Source: Thraustochytrium aureum
Taxonomy: Eukaryota
Reading direction: 5' to 3'
Length of the DNA stretch: 39,591 nucleotides
Assembly: GCA_012862495.1 (NCBI GenBank)
Contig: BLSG01000216.1
Span: forward strand, 436,814 to 476,404
Below are positions 31,848 to 39,591 of the stretch, piece after piece. Made by a program: the position numbers and the translations under genes. The notes under the pieces are model-generated. The model saw nothing but the letters and a program-made list of their open reading frames with translations. It had not been told where the DNA came from and searched no databases. The first letter of the stretch is position 1; each line of letters opens with the position of its first letter.

Positions 31848-32247
31848 CGCGCGAAACGCCCGCGGGCAGCCAGAGCTTCATCAGATAGAAAGGAGCGGTG
31901 GCGTTCTGATGATAGAAAGGAGCGTTGGCGTTGTGTTTTTTTGCGCTTGCCGCGCGCTGCGGCGCTCCTGTGAACGTGTCAACTTGGCCAAAGGCCGCAA
32001 CGTAACCCTCGGCCGGGTTTTGCGCAGCGGCAGCACTTGCTTTTTGTCGCTGGTGGTGCTTGCTGCTGGCCGCGCGCTCCGGCGACCGGCGCTTGGACGG
32101 CTAGCACTGATCCGATGATCAAGATTGACATGATCTGGTGGATTCAGACCAATCGCCTGCCTCAACGCCTGACGGAAGAAAGATCTTTTCGCTAGGAAGA
32201 AAGCTTGCTTCTCTAGAGTGTTGCTGCGCACCTGACGTACAGTTTGG

Positions 32248-32592
32248 CTATCCGTGCTTGAACGTCATGATGAGCACCGGCCCCACGCTCAAGTACGCCA
32301 TATTCCGGTCCTCGTGCGTGACAAACGAACCGTAGCTCTTGCCCACGACTGTGTGCCACGCCCCACCCCGCCGCTGAGCCATCGCCTTTGTCACAGACTC
32401 TGCCACCTCATAATACCGCTTGAACTCGCCCTTTGCGAGCGCGTGCACAGCCGAGAGCGACGCTTGTTTGGCGTCTTCCAACACCCCTGGGTCAGTGTTG
32501 TCAAAGTGCACCTTCACCGACCCCAGCACGGACAAGTCGCTCTTCTTCCCGATCCCAGCCGTGGCATTATTCCCTCTATTCTCCTTATTCAT
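32248..32592 (-). CDS. Dynein light chain type 1 (LC8-family) protein, divergent
   Basis: EVAESVTKAMAQRRGGAWHTVVGKSYGSFVTHEDRNMAYLSVGPVLIMTFKHG matches WHC.VG..FGS.VTHE....YF.......LFK.G. Confidence 0.88.
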   Translation of the reverse strand: MNKENRGNNATAGIGKKSDLSVLGSVKVHFDNTDPGVLEDAKQASLSAVHALAKGEFKRYYEVAESVTKAMAQRRGGAWHTVVGKSYGSFVTHEDRNMAYLSVGPVLIMTFKHG

Positions 32593-33390
32593 CCCTTCGC
32601 GCCGTCCGCTCGCGCGACCGGCCCGTCCTCACCGCGTGGCAGCCCAGGACGAGCGGCGCGGGGAGAGAAAAAAACAACGAGCGTGGTCCGTTCCAAAAGG
32701 CCTCTTCCAAGCACGCGAAAGGCCAGCCGCTCGCCCGTCAGAGCGCCACAAACGCCGCCCTCGCGAGCGCACACACGCAAGCAAGCCAGCCAGCAAGCCC
32801 GCACGCAACGCGACGCAACGCAACGCCGGCCGTCGCTTCCGCCCCCTTCGAGGTCTGCTCCTGTCCCATCCAGCCCAACGTACAAACGCCCCCGGCAGTC
32901 TCCCGATCCCCTCGATACATCCTCTGCAAGATTTTTCGCGTCACTTTCTGTACCATCGTGACGTGGCTCTCGGCAGCTTGCGGTCGCGGTAGACGTCGTG
33001 ACAGCGGAACAGGTGTGACGTGCGCCCGGCGCCGGAGCTCCTCCGTCACGCTAGAACCTACGTGACGTGAGTGGTGGCCGCGACTGCGCCGGGAGGACTT
33101 CGGGCACGTCACACAGGGAGCCACTATACCCGATATGTCACGTCTGTTTGGTTTAGGCGAGTCACAGAGGCGTGGGTGTGACGAGCGGAGGGAAGATACG
33201 GGCAGAGGCAGAGCAGAGCACGAGCGAAGGCCAAGGCGGCAAGGCAGACCAGAGACGGAGAGGGAGAGTGCAGGAGCTGCAGCGGGGCTCTCCAGAGGCA
33301 GGCAGAGAGAGCGCGCGTATTGTGCGGAACGCGCGCGGGTGCGCGTTGGGCCGGCTGCTGGGCGGGCAGCAGGCGGCTGCGGGCACGGGA

Positions 33391-34932
33391 ATGGACTCGG
33401 CAAGCTCGAGCTCGAGCGCCGGCGGCGAGGGCTCTGGCGCACCAGAAGGCGTTGATGTGGGCGTGATTCGCCAGAGGTACTCCGGGAATGTTCGCGCGAA
33501 CAGGCTGCTGATGGTGGCGGAGAAGGTGGAAGGGTTGAAGGTGGCTGCCGTGAACGCGGCGCTCGAGACGTACAAGGAGCTCGGCAACTACAGGCTCTTC
33601 TCGCAGACCTTGGATCGGTACCAGGACGTCGCCGACGCTGCGCTGGTCGACCCCGCCTGGGTGGCCAAGGCAGAGACGCAGGCAAAGTCATCTCTCGGGA
33701 ACCTGCAGGCCGAGCTCGAGTTGGCGCGATCAAACATGGTGAAAGAGTCCACGCGCATGGCGCTTAACGACCTCGGCGACTTGCACATGAGGCTGGGCGA
33801 CTACCAAAGCGCGCTCAAGTCGTACATCCGAACGCGCGACTACTGCACTAGCACTGCACACCAGATCGCCATGTGCCTCGGCGTGATTCGCGCGAGCGTC
33901 CTGATGAACAACGCGTCAAGCGTGACCACGCACGTATTGCGCGCCCGCGCCGCACTAGGACCCAAGTCCGAGGATCAGGTGGCGCTCGCAAAGCTCAGTG
34001 CTGTGAGCGGGCTCTCGCATCTACTCGTAGAAGAGTTTGAGTCGGCTGCCCGCGAGTTCCTCTGCGTTGGCCGCGAGCTCGGGAGCAGCTTTAACGACGT
34101 CCTCGCCTCCGAGGACGTTGCGCTGTACGGCGGCCTGTGCGCTCTCGCTACGATGTCGCGGTCTGCGCTTCGTCACGAGGTCCTGGGCCACCCCACGTTT
34201 AGGAGCTTGCTCGAGTCGACGCCGCTCGTGCGGGACGTCATCTCCGAGTTTCTGTCCTCGCAGTACACGGCAATGTTCAAGTCGCTAGGCCGCTTGCAAG
34301 AGCAGGCGAGCGTCGACCCCTTCGTTCACCGAAGCCTGCCAAAGCTAGTCAAAATGATCCACACCCGGGCGCTCAAACAGTACGTGTTTCCTTTCAGCGC
34401 CGTGGACTTGGGCAAAATGGCCGAGGCCTTCGGCCTTGGCCTCTCCGCCCTCGAGGACGAGCTGTGCAGCCTTATTCTGTCGGGCGAACTTGAGGCCAAG
34501 ATCGACAAGCAGAGCAACTACTTGCTTCTCAGCGACCGTGACCCGCGTGACGTGGCGTACGAGCGCGTCGCTCAAGTTGGCTCCAAGTTTGCGCTCGAGG
34601 CTCGGACGGCCATATTGCACTTTAACCTCAACCGGCGGGGGGTCATGTTCGGCGATCGCCACTCCGCTGGGCGAGCTCGCCCGCTTTCATTTCGTCGTGG
34701 CGGGCGCATACGTCGCCCCATCAATGATCCAGGCTCGGCTGTTGGGAGCTCGGGCATGGACCTTGAGGAGGACGGCGAGGATGAGGAGGACGAGGATATC
34801 GAAGATGAGGAGTACGAGGAGGACGAGGAAGGAAGGAATCGCGCTTTCCACAGCCAACAGAGCGGTGGACAGTTTCGAGAACAAGGCGACGCAGAGATGC
34901 GGAGCACAATATCCGGCCCTGGGGCTTTGTAN
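33391..34932 (+). CDS. CSN1: COP9 signalosome subunit 1 (RPN7 + PCI domains); 3' end abuts an N gap
   Basis: YSGNVRANRL, SNMVKESTRMALNDLGD, ALKSYIRTRDYCTS, DVALYGGLCALAT, RALKQYVFPFSAVDL..MA.AF, LEAKID. The codon at 34930 reads TA(N), possibly the stop. Confidence 0.93.
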
Positions 34933-35500
34933 NNNNNNNNNNNNNNNNNNNNNNNNNNNNNNNNNNNNNNNNNNNNNNNNNNNNNNNNNNNNNNNNNNNN
35001 NNNNNNNNNNNNNNNNNNNNNNNNNNNNNNNNNNNNNNNNNNNNNNNNNNNNNNNNNNNNNNNNNNNNNNNNNNNNNNNNNNNNNNNNNNNNNNNNNNNN
35101 NNNNNNNNNNNNNNNNNNNNNNNNNNNNNNNNNNNNNNNNNNNNNNNNNNNNNNNNNNNNNNNNNNNNNNNNNNNNNNNNNNNNNNNNCAAGGCGGCCAA
35201 GGACAGAATGCGTCTGACTCTCTTCTCGGGAGCGCGGTCCTTGGCAAGCTCAGGAGTCTGCTCCTTGGCTCAATAGCTCTACTAGCCTAGCTCTCTAAAG
35301 CGGTTGCTTGCTTGAGGCTGGAGCTCCATTCGACGCGGCTCTGGCCTCGAACAACTATCTCTTGAGGGGTAAATTTGATTCGGTTCCCGCGGGGCCACTC
35401 TTCAACTCCTACTGCCAAGGCGGCGGCTGCGCTCGCGCTGTCTTGTCCCAATCGAGCCCTCTTGCGCCGAGCCTTGAGTTCTTGACGTCCTCGCCTTCGT

Positions 35501-37276
35501 TCATAGCAAACCTTTGCGGCGCAAGGCCTTCTCCTCCTCCTCTGCGATCGTCAGATTAAATGTTGGCTTGACCAAGTCGATGGGGTCAGCGGCATCATAA
35601 TGGCCCGGGCCAGGGACCTCGTCGGCGCGCGCTGGCGCAAACCGTTGCGCCTCGGACAGGAAGACGGGCTTTCGGCCAGCCAGCCGCACGCGAAAGGCGG
35701 ACTGGTTGGTCTCGTATGCGCCGGGCCCGATCCCGCCGCTCCCAGATTCCACGCGACCAGCCGTGCTGCTCCGTGCCACCGTGCTTGCCATCAGCCCCTT
35801 TCCCGGGCGTCGCGCCACCGCGCGAGCCAAGCTGGTGACCTCAGCGGCGTTGTACTGGCCTGGTGGAGGGGCAACCGACCCTCCGCCATCACCAGCGCCC
35901 CAGCGCTTTGTTCGAGACTTGAACGCTGCAGAGCAACCCCCTTGCGCCACAGCGGTGGAAGGTGAGGATTCAACTTCGTTGTTGAACTCGCTTCTGGGTT
36001 GATCCAGCAGCTGTGCAGCCCGGCCAAAGGGCATACTTCGCGCGCGGTCTCGCGGCGACAGCGATCCGCGAAAGCGTCGGCTCGTGCTCCCAAAGGCCGC
36101 GTCGTGGGACTTTGGCACCATCGCCATTTTCAACTTGATTTCGTCCGCCATTCCTGGTATGTTGTACGTCCCCGGGGCTGCGGCAGTCCCCTTTGGTTGC
36201 GCGATGTTTGCGAGGTCCTCGCGCGTCGTTCCAGACGAAAACGGGACCTTCTTGCCTCGTATCCGAGAAGCGGATCGCTGCGAACCGAAAGAGCTTGAAT
36301 AATAGAACTTGGCGGCGCCTTCGCCGTGCGAACCCTTCGAGTCCATGAATCTGGCAGACTTTGTGCCGAAACAGCCCGCTCCACCAGACAGTCGCGAACG
36401 CGACGTGCGGCTTCCGTTCAGGTCGGCGTAGTGGCCTGGGCCGGGCACGTCAGCCGCCTCGCGGCTCGCCCCAATCGACCGTTTGGATCGTGATGCAAAC
36501 GCCGAGTGCAGGTTGGGGCGCAAGTTCCCCTTGAGGCCAGGGTTGGCTACAACTGGAACTCGAGACGGCGCGTCTGCAGCAGTCGCTACCTGCCCCACAG
36601 TGTCGTAATGGCCTGGCCCAGGGGTGTCCAAGATGCGCTGGCGCCTAGGCTCGCGTGGCGCCTGCTTGGCAAAGTCTGGCCCGCGCGGGGCTGCGTGAAC
36701 GCCTGCGCCTGCATCACCCGGATCGGACCTCGGCACGCGCTTTTGCCGCGGGCGAAGGCGCCCTGAAGAGTCTTGCTCATAGCCGAAAGCGTGGTCGCCA
36801 CTGGGAATCGTCGGCACGGTTTGCGCGCGGGGCCATGCGTGTGTCGCTCGCACAGCTCGGCGTGGCTGCGATTTGCGCGAGACGCGGGCGTCTGCTGTCC
36901 CAGGGATGTTGTATGCCCCAGGCCCGGGCAATGCCTCCTTTGCGTTTTCGCTTGGGGCCATGCGCTTGGTCGTCGAGGCGAACGTTGACCTGCATCCTGA
37001 AGGGGCGCTGGACTTTGATGGCTCGACACCCCACGAGTAGGTCCCTGGACCAGGTCGCGCAAGCGCGACTTTGGTGTCTATCGGTGAAGGTCGCGCTGCA
37101 GACGATGAAAACGGTGCTGTACTCTGCGCCTTGCCCCACTGCTCAATGCGCTGGTACGCTGCGTCGACATTGTACGACCCAGGTGCCAGGTTTGGCGTCT
37201 TGTTTGTCTCGCCGCCGCTCGGGTTGAACCCGCCGATGCGGCAGGTCTCCCTGGTCGTCCTGTGCACAAACGCCAT
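35501..37276 (-). CDS. Sperm-tail PG-rich (SHIPPO) repeat protein, STPG/ODF3-like, probably flagellar
   Basis: Recurrent PGPGxY/APGxY motifs (APGSY, PGPGTY, PGPGAY, PGPGHY x3, APGTY, PPPGQY, GPGAY) alternating with F.S...R motifs. Probable ATG at 37276 (MAFVHRTTRE). Confidence 0.88.
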   Translation of the reverse strand: MAFVHRTTRETCRIGGFNPSGGETNKTPNLAPGSYNVDAAYQRIEQWGKAQSTAPFSSSAARPSPIDTKVALARPGPGTYSWGVEPSKSSAPSGCRSTFASTTKRMAPSENAKEALPGPGAYNIPGTADARVSRKSQPRRAVRATHAWPRAQTVPTIPSGDHAFGYEQDSSGRLRPRQKRVPRSDPGDAGAGVHAAPRGPDFAKQAPREPRRQRILDTPGPGHYDTVGQVATAADAPSRVPVVANPGLKGNLRPNLHSAFASRSKRSIGASREAADVPGPGHYADLNGSRTSRSRLSGGAGCFGTKSARFMDSKGSHGEGAAKFYYSSSFGSQRSASRIRGKKVPFSSGTTREDLANIAQPKGTAAAPGTYNIPGMADEIKLKMAMVPKSHDAAFGSTSRRFRGSLSPRDRARSMPFGRAAQLLDQPRSEFNNEVESSPSTAVAQGGCSAAFKSRTKRWGAGDGGGSVAPPPGQYNAAEVTSLARAVARRPGKGLMASTVARSSTAGRVESGSGGIGPGAYETNQSAFRVRLAGRKPVFLSEAQRFAPARADEVPGPGHYDAADPIDLVKPTFNLTIAEEEEKALRRKGLL

Positions 37277-37823
37277 GCTCCTTGACTCGAACCGGCACGG
37301 CCGCGCGCGTGCGTTGCCTGGCTGCCTGGCTTTGCAGCAATCGCCGCCGCCACGACCAGCTTTCGCCCGTCCAGCCTGCCCAACCCTCGGGCTGTGAACA
37401 GGCGAGGCGGCATGTGCGGCGGCTGGTCGAAAGAGCCGCTTTCTCAATAGATCCGTTGGACCGCTGCAAAGGGCGAGTGTTGGGCAGTTAGGAACTTCTC
37501 GTGTCGCGGCCTGCGCAGCGACAGCGCTGGCGGCCGCGCTCTCGATCAGCACCAAGTGGTGCGCGTGATCCAACGCCACGCTTTTAAACGAGACGGAAGG
37601 CGGAAGGGATATGTTGAACGAAGAAGGCACTGCCGAAGCCAGCCAGCACCAACAAGGCCCTCTCGCAGTGGCGCAGTAGACCAGGCCCATGGTGTCTGGA
37701 AGCCTGTGGCGAGTCAGTTCAGAGGTGCCCGCAAAAAATGGCGGATAACAGCCTCTTCAATCTGAGCTCTATCTAGAGCCACGCCGACACAGGAGAGCCA
37801 TCCGGTTTGTGTTACAACGCCAG

Positions 37824-38000
37824 GCCATGCAGAAAGCGGCCGAAGGCGTCCTCCACGAGTCGAACGAAAAGGCGCTGCCGAAGCCAGCCAGCAGCAACAG
37901 AGCGCCATGCCACGCAGGAAGCGGCTGAAGGCGTCCTCCACGAGTCGAACGGAAAGGCGCTGCCGAAGCCGGCCAGCAGCAACAGAGCGCCATGCCACGC
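37824..38000. repeat. 85-bp tandem repeat (2 copies + partial), with a degenerate related copy near 37597-37660
   Basis: gcca[t/c]gcag[a/g]aagcggc[c/t]gaaggcgtcctccacgagtcgaacg..aaggcgctgccgaagcc.gccagcagcaacagagcgccat at 37824 and 37909. Confidence 0.9.
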
Positions 38001-38335
38001 CCCCGCACGCAGCCGCGGGACCCGAGTCTGGTAGCGCAGTGTCCAAGTCAATGAGTCATCTGATGTCGTGCAAAGGCAGACCGTGAACGAGGCCGAGTGC
38101 GCGGCAGGGCGCGACGCACGAGAGGGCGTGCGTGCGGCGTGCGTGCGGCGTGCGAGCGAGCAGGCGAGCGAGCAGGCGGCTGCGCGTGAACTGTCGTCGG
38201 GCCAAGGCTGGCTTGTTTTGTACCCACTGGACGCGCCGGTTGGCGTGGATTTGCTCGGGCTCGCGGCACACTGACCGCGCGTCCATCTACCCACCACACC
38301 GGCGTGTACGTGCGCGTGGGACGACGGCGCTGGGG

Positions 38336-39373
38336 ATGCTCGGTGGGGACGAGGCGGACCGGGCGCCGCATGGACCTGCAGAAGGAACGTGGGCGAGCAG
38401 GAAGCGGCAGACGTGGGCGAGGGCGTACAAGGTGGCCGGGAGCTCCACCTCGAGGAGGGACGTGATCGAAGCCGCCGGGAATGGGTTTCAAGGATGGCTG
38501 TTCGTGCGCGAGCTGGCCTTGGATCGCGGCGTGGGCATAGAGGAAGCCGAACCGGTCGGACAGATCGAGTGGCCGGAGCGGTGGGTAGTTCTGGATGCGT
38601 TGAGTTTGAGCGTCTTTGAGGACGACCACAGCGGTCAGCTCTTGTCCCGCTATGACGTCTTCGGGGCGGGCCGTTCCGTGCAAGGCCTCGGCAAGGGCAT
38701 CTTCAGTTTTGCAATACCTTACTCGCTGCCGAGGCGACGGGCGTGGTTTCGCGCGAGGTCGGAGCGGTGCGCCTCGTTCTGGGTCGAGGCGCTCTACCAG
38801 GCGCGAGCCGTGCGCAGTTCGTGGAGCCTGTCTGGATTTATCTGCTTGGAGCGAACGGCGTGCTGCTGCGCATTCGGGAACGATCTGTACAGTGTAATGG
38901 GGCAGTTTGCGTTTTTTAACGCCGTGGGCCTCTCCGTTGACTTGATCTCAGACATGATGGACCTCGCTGCCGCGCGCAGCGAAGAGGAAGGGCAGCTGCG
39001 CGCCGCGTTTGCTGTGGGCAACGCAATGGTCTGTTTCGGCGCGCTAGCGTGGTACACCTTTGAGCTCTTTTGCCGCCACAGCGAGGCGATGGCGGACACG
39101 CTCAGGCGGCAACGGAGGTTGTGCCTCCTCCTTTCTGTAGCGTATTTGTTTGAGCTTGCCCTCGCCGCTGCTCTGGCCGACGAGTTGACGCCACTTGGCG
39201 CGGTGTTCAGGCACCGACTAGTCGGCATGGTGGACCTGTTCAATATTTGCCTCTGGCTCAACGGGGCCTACCTGTCATCCTGGGGTCTTGGTCTCTTGCA
39301 GCAGGACCTGACCCACCTGCTTCGCTTTGACGAGGAGGAGGAGGATGAAGAGACCGGCCAGGTAGACGAGTGA
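38336..39373 (+). CDS. Hypothetical protein with N-terminal PH-like domain and ~4 predicted transmembrane helices
   Basis: FQGWLFVR...WPERWVVLDALSLSVFED...WFRARSERCASFWVEAL fits the PH pattern (GWL, W..RW.VL, L.YY, W..AL). Hydrophobic segments and an acidic tail follow. ATG at 38336. Confidence 0.7.
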   Translation: MLGGDEADRAPHGPAEGTWASRKRQTWARAYKVAGSSTSRRDVIEAAGNGFQGWLFVRELALDRGVGIEEAEPVGQIEWPERWVVLDALSLSVFEDDHSGQLLSRYDVFGAGRSVQGLGKGIFSFAIPYSLPRRRAWFRARSERCASFWVEALYQARAVRSSWSLSGFICLERTACCCAFGNDLYSVMGQFAFFNAVGLSVDLISDMMDLAAARSEEEGQLRAAFAVGNAMVCFGALAWYTFELFCRHSEAMADTLRRQRRLCLLLSVAYLFELALAAALADELTPLGAVFRHRLVGMVDLFNICLWLNGAYLSSWGLGLLQQDLTHLLRFDEEEEDEETGQVDE

Positions 39374-39591
39374 ATAGCGGTCAAGTCGGCGGGTGCGGCG
39401 CGCGGGGCGGCGCTCGCGCGCGCGCGCGCGCTCAATCGAATGACACTTCAAAAGACCAGTATTGTTTACAAAGCTTCCCGGCGCCACGGCGAATCGCTGA
39501 TGTGAAAGGCCCAATAGCTCTTCGCAGCACGACGCAGCCAAAGCCCGATCCCGGGGCAGCGGCGCCCGCACCTTGCCTTGGCTGCCCGCTC

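Noticed and set aside
1..39591. tRNA, rRNA, snRNA, riboswitch or transposase/reverse-transcriptase sequences
   Set aside because: I recognised none by eye. Covariance-model searches (tRNAscan-SE, Infernal/Rfam) would be needed to exclude small RNAs, and the gaps cannot be assessed.

Overview
A GC-rich, gene-dense, intron-poor EUKARYOTIC draft-genome window with many N gaps. The gene content (COP9 subunit CSN1, TAF12, Mon1, UBE2S-type E2, RGS, flagellar PG-repeat protein, dynein light chain, WRKY19-like zinc-finger repeats, acetolactate synthase) and one clear GT-AG intron fit a flagellated heterotrophic protist. A thraustochytrid/labyrinthulomycete is my guess, by inference only. About 18 protein-coding genes can be supported, many in head-to-head pairs. 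I found no rRNA, tRNA, CRISPR or transposase. Several ORFs are broken by single-base frameshifts that look like sequencing errors. The most interesting locus is at 26257-27916 (- strand): a predicted mitochondrial Fe(II)/2-oxoglutarate dioxygenase of the gamma-butyrobetaine-hydroxylase family. It runs, through an internal presequence-like linker, into what looks like the N-terminus of an HD-domain metalloprotein that disappears into an assembly gap. It is therefore a candidate dioxygenase-HD fusion or polyprotein reminiscent of the TmpA/TmpB and PhnY/PhnZ phosphonate-degradation pairs, and it sits head-to-head with a choline/ethanolamine phosphotransferase. All family assignments are from motif recognition, not database searches.
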